DNA of 64,000 nucleotides from an uncultured Holophagales bacterium (GTDB lineage Bacteria; Acidobacteriota; Thermoanaerobaculia; Multivoradales; UBA5704): NCBI GenBank assembly GCA_963842525.1, contig CAWJGT010000003.1, positions 1,152,001 to 1,216,000 of the forward strand, read 5' to 3'. Shown piece by piece: positions 50,933 to 60,674 of this stretch (position 1 is its first letter; each line of letters starts with the position of its first letter). The notes under the pieces were generated by a model. It saw only the letters and a program-made list of their open reading frames with translations, ran no database searches and was not told where the DNA came from. The position numbers and the translations under genes were made by a program.

Positions 50933-51427
50933 ATGACCAAGCCGCGCGTCTATGTTGAGACTACGATACCGAGCTTCTACCACGAGACACGCACCGCACC
51001 CGATGTTGTGGTCCGTCGGGATTGGACCCGCCAGTGGTGGGAGGGGGCGCCCGATCAGTACGAGCTGGTCACCAGCCCAGCGGTGCTCGACGAGTTGGCG
51101 GGTGGCTTGCCGGAGAGAGGAGCGATGCGCCTTGCTCTGGTGCGTGACCTGCCTCTCCTACCCATCGAGCCGGCCATCACGGAAATCGTGCAGACGTATA
51201 TTCAATACAAACTGATGCCGGCTGACCCTGGTGGTGACGCCATGCACCTGGCGCTGGCCTCCTACCATAAGTGCGACTTTCTACTGACTTGGAATTGCCG
51301 GCATCTTGCGAACGCGAACAAGTTTGGGCATATTCGCCGAGTCAACACGATGCTCGGTCTGTTCGTGCCCGTGTTGGCGACGCCTCTGGAATTGCTGGGA
51401 GATGACGATGAAACAGACCAAGAGTGA
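50933..51427 (+). CDS. PIN-domain toxin
   Basis: RVYVETTIPS, DAMHLALA, LLTWNCRHLAN. Confidence 0.88.
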   Translation: MTKPRVYVETTIPSFYHETRTAPDVVVRRDWTRQWWEGAPDQYELVTSPAVLDELAGGLPERGAMRLALVRDLPLLPIEPAITEIVQTYIQYKLMPADPGGDAMHLALASYHKCDFLLTWNCRHLANANKFGHIRRVNTMLGLFVPVLATPLELLGDDDETDQE

Positions 51428-51599
51428 TCCGGTTATCGAGGAGGTCCGAGAGATCCGTCATCGCATCTCGGAACGCTTCAATCACGATCCTGCCAAGCTG
51501 GTGGCCTACTACATGGAGCTGCAGAAGCAGTACAAAGACCGACTCATCCAGACTGAGGAGAGCCCGAGCCCAGAGCGGGCCGAATCCAAAGCTGTCTGA
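51408..51599 (+). CDS. Small putative antitoxin partner of the PIN gene
   Basis: DPVIEEVREIRHRIS..HD; overlaps the PIN stop. Confidence 0.75.
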   Translation: MKQTKSDPVIEEVREIRHRISERFNHDPAKLVAYYMELQKQYKDRLIQTEESPSPERAESKAV

Positions 51600-51809
51600 A
51601 AAGCGCCCTTACCGCGGCTCCGGCCGCTCCTCCCGATCAGAGCTTCAGAAGAGGAGGGAGGGGGCGGAGGGGCGGGCGGTAGCATCGTCCACCCGGAGAG
51701 CCGCAGCGAAGCAGCGACCGCGCTTCAAGGGGCAGACAGGTCAACCAGGGGGGATAGAGGGAAGCGTGGCCGCAGCGGCGGCCAGTCGCCTTTAGGCGGC
51801 TCCCATATT

Positions 51810-54800
51810 TCAAGCCTCCGGCTCTGCCGGAGGTATCTGACTCGCGAATGGTGTCGCCTCGGGATGGAACGGTGCACCGGATGCCTGGAACGCCGCCCAG
51901 TAGAACTGAGTGTGGAAGCGGGCGATCGAACGGAGGTCGCGGCGTGCAAGCGTCGCGGCGATTCCCAACGGCGCCGATTCCAAATAGCGATACAGGAACT
52001 GCATGAACAGCATCGAGGCCTCATCATCGATGACCCAGAGCGGCGCGAGCACACACCGCGCGCCCGCGGCCAGGAAAATCCCGGACATGCCGAGCGGATC
52101 AAGCCCGTCGGTGGCGCTCCGCCCGACCTCACATGCGGAGAGGACGACGCCGGAGTACCCCCGACCGGCACGCAGCAGACGGGCGGCGCTCAGGCGTCCG
52201 TCCGCCAGCGCGAGCACTGACTGCGACGGGAACGCGGCGTTGAAAAGCCCATGACAGGCGAAGTGCAGCCACCCTGACGCCGCGGCGCGCTGGAGGACAC
52301 GCTCTGCGGTGGCGGCGGAGCCGACGAGCGGATTGTCGAACACGCCTCCGTATTGGTCAATGAGGGTCTTCGCCTCACGTTGCGCCCCCGGAAGCGAATC
52401 ATCGGGATCGCCGACGAGCAGGCCGCCGCGGTGGACGACGATTGCGGCGTGCGCGCGCTGCATCGCGCCGAGCGATGGAGCGGTACCTACGAAGAACGAT
52501 TCGTCGAGCGGCGCGTGCGTCTCCGGATCCGCGACCGCGTGGAGCGGTACGCCGACCCACTTCCCCGACGGAACGAAGACTACACGCCCATCAGCTTGGG
52601 GCAGGTGGTCCTTCCAGATCGGAAAGAGGAGGTCGCCGGCCGAGCGGAGCAGGTTGTCAATGAGTGACGGGTCAGGGCGCGGCGTGCCGCTCTCCGGATA
52701 GAGCTCACGGATCATGGCGTCGATCGCACGCAACTCCCTTGCCGGAAGAAAGGCGCGCGAAACCGCATCTCGGTTCCGGAAGATGATGTGCGTACCAGCG
52801 TCTGTTTCGCAGAGCTCGATGAGGAGATCGATATTCTCTGTAGACACGCCCGGCGCGAGCTTCAGATTGGCCTCCGCCCATTCCGAATCGATCGCTGCAA
52901 TTTGATCACAGACCGCCTGATGTTCCTCACGGGCGCGATACAGCGGCGTTGTCGCTCCTTCCGGCATGCGCCCGAAGTGCAGATCGGCCGAAGCGATCGC
53001 GAGCACGTTCGAACGCACGCTCCAATGCATCCCGGAGCGCACGCGGCACGTGGGGGCCCGGCGGCGGCACTCCTTCGCGTCGGAGGAGCAACAAGCCGCT
53101 ATCGCGGCCCAACTCGCAGACGCGGCTCGCAGTCCAGAGGTCGCCTTCCTCGAAGAAGAACTGTGCCATCGCAAGCAGCGAGGAGTTATGCGTGCGCATA
53201 ATAGATGCGACGTCCTGCGCTCCAGGGCTCTTGTCGATCTGCTCCTGTAGGCTCATCCAGAACGCCTTGAAGACCTCCGCCGCGTCAGCGCGACGGCCGT
53301 CGAGCACGGCCAGCCGTGCGCGCAGCGCCGTTGCTGTCACGCGCATGAGCTCGTTGCCGTGCGTTTCGATGTCGGTAAGGGCGCTTGCCAGCATCGTCGT
53401 CGTAGCGCGCAGATCGGAATCCTCGCCGGAGCGAACCTTCACGACGAGAGAATCCAATAAATGCGTCGTAAGAGTTGTCTGAAAGTGCGCGGCGGCCCAA
53501 GGGTCGTCGTGCTGCTTCGCCAGCGCGACCGCTTCGTTCAGTTTCGCGATGCCCTCGGCAAAGCGCCCCTGGCCGAGGCGGAGCAGGCCGAGGTTCCCGG
53601 TCGCGCGCACTTCGACCCGAAGCTCGCGGGAACGGTGCGCCATGCGGATGCACTCCTCATAGGCGGCCTCGGCGTTGGCGAAATGGCCGTGTTCGCGCAT
53701 CAGATTTCCGAGGTTGTGCTGGACCCAAATCACGCCTTGGTATCCGGTTTCCGACATGAGCCGGATCGCTTGGCGGTACGACGAAGCGGCTTCCTCGAAC
53801 CGCCCCAGACGATGTAGGATCTCGCCGCGTAGAGCGATGACCTCGCCGCGCAGAGTCTTGCGACCGGTCAACCGGTAGTGGAGAGTGACTCGGGTCGCGT
53901 CGCGCCCATCGTCCGACTCTAGTCGGTCGAGCAGGCCGAGAGCCTGTTCGATTTCGGCGAGCGACTCGAGGAACCGCGCGAACTGCAGCAGGCAATGCGC
54001 GCGGAGAAAGCGATATGTAGCTGCAGGTCCGACGTCGTTCGGAATCGGCAGATCCCGAAGGATCTCCCACGCGTCGGCGAAGCGATCCTTCAAGACGAGC
54101 TCCGCGACCTCGACCAGCCCCCGCAGGTCCGGCTCGGTTATCGGCTCCTCGTCGCCCGCACGGGCATTGAGCATCTCGATGAGCGTACGCGCCCGCTCCC
54201 AGTATGGCAAGTATTCCTCGTCCGATGGCCCTTCGGGAAACTGAGCGAGCGTCTCTTCAATCATCTTCCGGCCGCGCGCGACGTTTGCTTCGTTGATGTG
54301 AATTGTGGCGATCGCAAGAATGGCGGGAATCGTGTGTTCCGGCGACGTGGCGAGTACTCGCAGGCCGTCGAGTCGCTCGATCACGGCATTACGGTCGGGC
54401 AGGCCACCGGTGCTGAGAACCTCGGCGAAATGTGAGCCGAGGAGATACCCGCAAAGGTGAAGAGCGCCGCGGATGTCACCTCGCTGCTCCGCCAGATGCG
54501 ACCCTTTCCACAAAGCGTTCGCCGCTCCCGTGAAGTCGCGGCGATCTTCGCAGGCGTAGCCGAGATGCTCCAACGCGTACAGCAGAAGCTCGCGTTCATC
54601 CTCTTGCAAATCAGACTTTGCCTCCAGAGTCCCCACAGCGAGTTGTAGAAGCGGCGTGTACACGTAGGCCGTCTCGACTGGCCATGTGCGCTGATGGATT
54701 CGTGCGAGGTGGTATGCGGAGAATGCTAGCCCGCGCCTGGTATTCGCCTCGGCGTAGATTCGGGTGAGTTGTATTAGGAAGGACAGTAGCTCGTCCTCAC

Positions 54801-55095
54801 GGTCGAAGAATGCGGTCGCCTCTGCAATAAGCTGCGTCGGTTCGAATGAAAGAAGGGGAGGCATGAGCCCTGACGCTGCAATGTCCCGATAGACTTTGTC
54901 CGCCAAACCACCACGCCCGACCATCGGCCGCAGGATCTCGCGCATCTGATCCAGTAGCTTACGCATGGTAACGACCCTTGTTCCAGGGTGCACGAGCCCC
55001 GACGTTGCAATGTCCCGATGGACCTTGTCCGCCAAACTGTCACGCCCGACCATTGGCCGCAGCAGCTTGCGCATCCGACCCAGTAGCTTACGCAT
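51810..55095 (-). CDS. TPR plus CHAT (caspase-like) protease (frameshift near 52985)
   Basis: TPR repeats (HNLGNL, GNLGLL); CHAT dyad LHFACHG and VLSACE; LWVIDD; YWAAF. Confidence 0.85.
54860..55095 (-). repeat. 129-bp-period tandem duplication of the TPR-CHAT 5' end
   Basis: MRKLL..RPMVGR..LADKV.RDIA.SGL occurs twice (ATGs at 55095 and 54966). Confidence 0.85.
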
Positions 55096-55167
55096 GGCAA
55101 AGGTCCTCGTTCCACAATAGGCGCCACCGAGCGCCGGCTGGTTCGGTCGCTGGCATTTGAAGATTGA

Positions 55168-55665
55168 TCAGTGCTGCGGCGTCGGCCGCTCGACCCGCGG
55201 CACGTGGCCGCGCTTGTAGACCATGATGGTGCGTTGGAACTCGATGACCACGACGCCGTCCTGGTTGGTGCCCGTGGTCTTGATCTTCACGATGCCGAGG
55301 TTCGGGCGCGAGCGCGATTCGCGGGTCTCCAAGACCTCGCTCTGTGCGTAGACGGTGTCGCCTTCGAAGAGCGGGTGGGGGAGGCGGACCTCGTCCCAGC
55401 CGAGGTTGATGCCGTTCATGGAGACGTCGTTGACCGAGAGGCCGGTGACGAGCGCCAGGGTGAAGGTCGAGTCCACCAGAGGCCGACCCCACTCGGTGCG
55501 GGCGGCGTAGGCGGCATCGAAGTGGATGGGATTGTTGTTGACCGTCAGGAGGGTGAACCAGATGTTGTCCGCCTGGGTGACGGTCCGGCCGAGGGGGTGG
55601 CGATAGACATCCCCGACCTCGAAGTCTTCATAGACGCGGCCGGTCCAGCCTTCCTTGACGCTCAT
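55168..55665 (-). CDS. MaoC-family dehydratase, copy 2
   Basis: Near-identical protein to 48926..49423. Confidence 0.92.
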   Translation of the reverse strand: MSVKEGWTGRVYEDFEVGDVYRHPLGRTVTQADNIWFTLLTVNNNPIHFDAAYAARTEWGRPLVDSTFTLALVTGLSVNDVSMNGINLGWDEVRLPHPLFEGDTVYAQSEVLETRESRSRPNLGIVKIKTTGTNQDGVVVIEFQRTIMVYKRGHVPRVERPTPQH

Positions 55666-55819
55666 GACGGCTGCGGCCTCCCGGCGGGATCGGCAGGGCG
55701 CAGCGCCACGAGCCGTTTCAGGATGCCGTCCTGCGTCTCGTCGGTCATCGGGTCGGTTCCTTTCCGAAGGACCCGGCGATTCTAAACCAAAAATCGTAAG
55801 GGCTTGGAAGGTGATGTGC

Positions 55820-57174
55820 TCACCATGCGGGGGTGGTGCTGGTGGAGCTGGCGGGCGTCGTAGGGCTGGCGGGCGTCGTAGGGCTGGCGGGCGTCGTAGG
55901 GCTGGCGGGCGTCGTAGGGCTGGCAGGCGTCGAGGGTCTGGTGGGCGCGGGCGCCGGCGTGCTCGGCGCGGGGGGGACGGCGCAGGCATGGTCAGCCTCT
56001 GGCTCAGGTCGCCGCGGCGCGCTGTTTCGGCCTGCGTCTGCGCGGCGAGGCGCGCGCGGCGCTCTTCCGTGGCGATGCGCATCTCGGCTTCGGGGTTGAG
56101 GGTGTTGACGCGGATGCGGTCGACGGCGCCCTGGCCCGCGAGGCGTTCGAGGGGCAGATAATCGGTCTTGAACACCAGCTCCACGGAGGAGCTCAGGTCG
56201 AGGTCGGTGTTCATCTCTTCCGTGGTCTGGGTGCGCTGGGTGGATACATAGCCGATGGTGTTCTTGACCTTCACATCCATACCCCAGAAGCTGGCCTTGG
56301 CTTCTGCTTCGTTGCGCAGGTCGAAGCTGCTGCCCCGATCGTCGGCCGCGGCGCTGCGGGTGTCGATATGGAAGCGCATGGCGGCATGCAGACGGCCGCT
56401 CTCGATGACGATCCGCTGCAGGCCGAGCATGACCATGGTGGAGAGCATCTGTTGGCGGTTGCGCGCGAGCGCGCCGCGGGCCATCGGCACCAGGCTTTCC
56501 GGATCGCCGCCGGGCAGCGCATCCTGGGGCCCCAGGCCGAGCGCCGTGCGCAACGCCCCTTCGGCAGGCATGGAGGCGCCGGGGCGCAGGCGCAGCCGCG
56601 TCCCGGCATCGCGCTCCTCCTGCTCCTCCGGCGTCAGGGGCTGGCCGGGCTCGGCGAACGGATCGCTCTCTCCTTCGACCACGAAGGCGCCGGGAAAGCG
56701 TTCGGCGAGCCAGCCGCGCGCGCCGTTCACGCCGACGTTGGCATCGGCGAACCCCTCGGTGGAGGCCGCCACGTTGCGGATCAGCTCCACGTACGAGCTG
56801 AGCTGCTGCTGGTTGGTGTCCACCAGAGCCTTGAACACGCCGGTGATCAGCTCGGTGACGAAGCGTGGAAAGGAGACCGCGTTGAGGATCTCCCGCGTGG
56901 TGCCGGCCACACGCTGGGGCGCGACGCCGCTGAATTCGCTGCCGGCGCTCTGGGCGCGGGCGAGCGCCGGGCGTGGTGGTGCCGTGGCAGTGGCGGCGTC
57001 GGACTCGGCGGCGAGCGCCAGCGCGGCGGAGCCGATCCTGACCAATCCCTGGGCGAGCTCGCGGCGCGTCGACGGATCGAGGCCCTGGAAGCCCGTGCTG
57101 GCGGTGAGCAGATCACGGATCGCGCCGCGCACCTGGGCAGGCGGTTGCTCCGGCCGTTCCAGGACGCCGGCCAT
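55820..57174 (-). CDS. Unknown family B protein 3 (homopolymer frameshift near 55970)
   Basis: VSFPRFV..RQQMLSTMVMLGLQRIVI..VELVFKTDYLPLE. The duplicate copy has G8 versus G7 here, restoring a TPASPT tail that ends at TGA 55820. Confidence 0.8.
55847..55933. repeat. 18-bp tandem repeat (coding TPASPT)
   Basis: GCTGGCGGGCGTCGTAGG, about 4.5 copies. Confidence 0.9.
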
Positions 57175-57178
57175 GGCG

Positions 57179-58114
57179 TCACCCGGCCAGGGCGGCCCAG
57201 GGGGATTCGCCGCGCGCCGGCGGCGGCGCAGGGGCTGCCGATTCGCCGAGAGCGAGCGAGGCCTCCAGCCAATCCACCGCCGCCGGGATTACAGGGTGAT
57301 TGAGGCTCACCAGCGGTTTGCCGCCCTGCTCCAGGAAGGGAGCGGCCTCGGCGAGCCAGGACAGGAGCGTCATGCCCGCCTGGCCGCGGCGCACGTGCAG
57401 CGCAGGATCCATGCGCGGCCGGCGCGCCAGGCGCGCGACCGCGGCCACCACGCCCCAGACGTCGCGCGCGCCGAAGGCGCTTTTCACGGCGCGGTGGGCG
57501 AGGATCGCCAGGGCCTGCTTGACGGCCGCCAGGACCTCCTGCGCCAGGAACACGGTGAGCCCGCTGCTGACGCGCACCAGGTTGGCCAGCAGCCGCTGGG
57601 CCGCGGCGCGCACCCGCGCCTGCTGCGCCACGCCGCCCCAATCCGAATTGCTGGCCTGCTCGTCGAGCTTGTAGAGGGCCTCGCACAGGTCGATCAGCCG
57701 GTCTTCGAATTCCCGGTTGGGCGGCTGCTCCGAGTGATCGATCCCACCCGGTGCGCCGAACAGCGCGGAGAAGAACCCGCGCCGCTCGGCTTCGTTCGCC
57801 CGCTCGTTGCGCTGCCGCCAGAGCTCCTGCAGGAGACGAGCCGCCTCGCCCAGGTCGACGGCAAGGCTGCCGCTGCGGGCGAGCCGCGTCAGCGCCTCCG
57901 CGGCGCCGAGCACGTCCGCATCCTCCAGCTCGGAGGCCAGATAGAGCGTGGCAATGGCGCGGAGCTGCGCCTGGTCCACGACCGCGCCGGCGGACGGCGG
58001 CAATTCGATGGCATCGATCTCGTCGAGGGCGAATGCAACGGTGTGCGCCTGGGCGACGAGCTGCTCGGCGCGCTGCAGGGCGATCTCGAGGGCGGGATCG
58101 AGGTCGCGGGTCAT
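57179..58114 (-). CDS. Unknown family A protein 2
   Basis: ATGA coupling to the upstream gene; EAERR, NREF and FGARDVW motifs shared with 61749..63470. Confidence 0.85.
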   Translation of the reverse strand: MTRDLDPALEIALQRAEQLVAQAHTVAFALDEIDAIELPPSAGAVVDQAQLRAIATLYLASELEDADVLGAAEALTRLARSGSLAVDLGEAARLLQELWRQRNERANEAERRGFFSALFGAPGGIDHSEQPPNREFEDRLIDLCEALYKLDEQASNSDWGGVAQQARVRAAAQRLLANLVRVSSGLTVFLAQEVLAAVKQALAILAHRAVKSAFGARDVWGVVAAVARLARRPRMDPALHVRRGQAGMTLLSWLAEAAPFLEQGGKPLVSLNHPVIPAAVDWLEASLALGESAAPAPPPARGESPWAALAG

Positions 58115-59331
58115 GGCCGGCTTCCGGAGGCAGCGGCGGTGCCGCGGGCGTTGGGGTTGAACGGCGTGGAGTTGCCCTGGATCACGGACATCATCTCCGG
58201 CGTGGCCATCTTTTCGAGCGGCAGGTAGTCGCTCTTGAAGTTGACCCGCACCTCGCCCGAGAGCCTGGCCTTGACCTCGGCCTTGGACTCGCTGGTCTCG
58301 TCCACCGCGGAGCCGACGGTGGCCACGTGCTCCTGCTCGCCTTCGAAGCTGGCGGATGCGTCCCAGGGTGACATCCACCCGCCGTAGCTGACACTGACGC
58401 TCTGGCGGTAGCGTTGCGCCGAGCGGTCCTGCATCGACGCCGTGTAGCGCCGTTTCGCCTTGTCCTCAGCCCTCATGTCGAAAACCACCTTGGCGTTGAT
58501 GGTGCCGTCCGTGACGACGATGCGATTGATGCCGAGCATCACCATGGAAGAGAGGAGCTGTTGGCGCGATTTAGCCATCTGGAGCCGCGCCGCGGTCACG
58601 ATCTTGAGCTCGGCGTTGGGATCGGAGACGTCGGTCACCGGCGGCTCGACGCCCAGCTCCCGGCTGATCTCCTGCAGCCGCTGCTCCGGATCGTCGCCGC
58701 GGGCGACCAGTTGAGTCGTGGTCGGGGCCGCTTCGCCCTCTTCCGCCAGCCCTCCCGAGCCCGCGTTGACCTCGACTTCCAGCGTGTCCGGAAAACGCTC
58801 GGCGAGCCAGTCGCGCCCGGCTCCCACCGAGATGTTGTCGGCCATGAACTGATCGACGGTCTTGGCCACGTTGGCGATCAGCTCGCCATAGGCGCGCATC
58901 TGCTCGATGGACGACTCGACGATGGCTTGAAACACATTTTTGATCAAGCCGCCGACGAACTTGGGGAAGTCCACCTTCTGCACCAGCGCGCCGAACTGCT
59001 CGACGCCTTCGCGCACGGCGCCGGCCTTGAATTTCTCGCCTACCAAGCCGGGCGACTCCGAGAGGTTGCGCTTGGTGGCTTCCACCGGGTCTTCCTCGTC
59101 CGCCTGCGCGCGGGCCACGGGCGCCGGCGGCGGAGCCGCGGCCGGCTCGAGCACGCCGTTGGGATTCGCGATGTAGGAGAGAATCTTGACCATGTCCCGG
59201 GCGAGCTGCTGCTGCTCGGCCGCGCCGAGCCGCGAGAAGGCGGGGACCGAGGTGAGCAGCTCGCGCACCTGCGGCCGCACGGCCTCCAGGGCCTGCGGCG
59301 TCGTCCAGGGCGCATTGGCGGGCGCTGCCAT
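58111..59331 (-). CDS. Unknown family B protein 2
   Basis: VDFPKFV..RQQLLSSMVMLGINRIVVTDG..VRVNFKSDYLPLEKMATP; GGAGG RBS. Confidence 0.88.
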   Translation of the reverse strand: MAAPANAPWTTPQALEAVRPQVRELLTSVPAFSRLGAAEQQQLARDMVKILSYIANPNGVLEPAAAPPPAPVARAQADEEDPVEATKRNLSESPGLVGEKFKAGAVREGVEQFGALVQKVDFPKFVGGLIKNVFQAIVESSIEQMRAYGELIANVAKTVDQFMADNISVGAGRDWLAERFPDTLEVEVNAGSGGLAEEGEAAPTTTQLVARGDDPEQRLQEISRELGVEPPVTDVSDPNAELKIVTAARLQMAKSRQQLLSSMVMLGINRIVVTDGTINAKVVFDMRAEDKAKRRYTASMQDRSAQRYRQSVSVSYGGWMSPWDASASFEGEQEHVATVGSAVDETSESKAEVKARLSGEVRVNFKSDYLPLEKMATPEMMSVIQGNSTPFNPNARGTAAASGSRP

Positions 59332-59351
59332 GATGTTTCACCTCCCTGCGG

Positions 59352-60650
59352 TCATTGGGCCGGCGTTCCCGGGGGGGCCGCCGGGGCGGCGCCGCCCGGC
59401 GCCTGCGGGGTGCGCGCCGAAGGCACCACGTTGGGATCGACCGGCTGCGAATGGCCCTGGATGGCGGCGATCATGCCGGGCGTCGCCATCTTTTCGAGCG
59501 GCAGGTAGTCGCTCTTGAAATTGACTTCCACGTTGCCGGCGAGCTGGGCGCGCGTCGTCAGCGTGGATTCGGAGGCTTCCGAAGCCGTGCTCATGGCGGT
59601 CATGATCGGTTTTTCGGCGTACTTGTACTTGCCCTTGGAGTAGTAGTCCGAATTCCATTCGGATTGGAGGCCCTTGTCCTTGTCCCACGAGCTCTTGCCA
59701 GTCCTCGTGCCGCCCCTGTCCCACTCTCCCTCGCGGTCCCGCGTCCGGGCGATCTGTCCGTCCTCGGTTGCATAGTCGTAGGCGGTGGCGCTGCGCGCGA
59801 GCTTGCGGGCGTCGCGGGCCTGGAAGTCGTACAGGATCTTGGCCTGGATCCGCCCGTCGGTGACCACGATGCGGTTGATGCCCATGAGCACCAGGCTTGC
59901 CAGGAGCTGCTGGCGCTGGCGCGCGAGCTGTGTGCGCGCGGCGGTGACCAGCGCGAGCTCCGCGGTCTCGTCCGACAGGTCCATGCTCTTCAATTGGCCG
60001 TCCTGGAAATCCAGCGCACCATTGACCCGGCGCAACGCGGCGCTGTCGTCCACACCGTCGCGCAGCCGCAGGCGCGGGCCGGGGCTGTCGGAAAAATCAT
60101 CCGTGCCGATCTCGAACAGGTCGGGGAATTTTTCCACCATGTGGTCGCGCCCCTGGTTGGGTGTGACATTGTCCTCGCGGAAGCTCTCCAGGGACTTGGC
60201 CACCTGCCCGACCATGTTGGAATAGGCCTCCATCTGCTCGATCGAGGACTTGACGATGGCATGGAAAACCCCTTCGATCAGGCCGGCGACGAAGGTCGGG
60301 AAGTTGACCTGCTTCAGGAACAGGTCGGCGACCGCGGCGCCTTCGCGCGCCGCGCCGGCCGCGAAATCCTTATTGCCGATATCCTCGACGGCCTCCCAGC
60401 CCTTCTCGGACGTAGCATCCACTTCGCCGGCGAGGGCGCGGGCGGGCGGCGCGCCGGCTCCGCCTGGCAAGGTGTTGCCGGGGATGCCTTCCGGCGCCGC
60501 CAGGTAGTCGGCGATCAGCGCCGTGTCGTGAGCGATCTGCTGCTGCTGGGCCGCGGGCAGGCTGGCAAACGCGGATGACCGGGTGAGCAGCGTCTTGACG
60601 GCCTGGCGGACCTCGGGTCGCGGCGTCGGCGCGGGAGCGGTGGCAGGCAT
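59352..60650 (-). CDS. Unknown family B protein 1
   Basis: VNFPTFV..RQQLLASLVLMGINRIVVTDG..VEVNFKSDYLPLEKMATP; GAGG RBS. Confidence 0.88.
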   Translation of the reverse strand: MPATAPAPTPRPEVRQAVKTLLTRSSAFASLPAAQQQQIAHDTALIADYLAAPEGIPGNTLPGGAGAPPARALAGEVDATSEKGWEAVEDIGNKDFAAGAAREGAAVADLFLKQVNFPTFVAGLIEGVFHAIVKSSIEQMEAYSNMVGQVAKSLESFREDNVTPNQGRDHMVEKFPDLFEIGTDDFSDSPGPRLRLRDGVDDSAALRRVNGALDFQDGQLKSMDLSDETAELALVTAARTQLARQRQQLLASLVLMGINRIVVTDGRIQAKILYDFQARDARKLARSATAYDYATEDGQIARTRDREGEWDRGGTRTGKSSWDKDKGLQSEWNSDYYSKGKYKYAEKPIMTAMSTASEASESTLTTRAQLAGNVEVNFKSDYLPLEKMATPGMIAAIQGHSQPVDPNVVPSARTPQAPGGAAPAAPPGTPAQ

Positions 60651-60674
60651 GACGATCACCTCGCAGGAAGAAAA

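Noticed and set aside
55847-55933. CRISPR or iteron array
   Set aside because: A spacerless 18-bp repeat that encodes a low-complexity TPASPT tail.
55168-57174. Family B protein fused to a MaoC dehydratase (668 aa)
   Set aside because: The linker is Arg/Pro nonsense caused by a G7 versus G8 tract. The duplicate copy gives the correct frame, and maoC has its own start as in copy 1.
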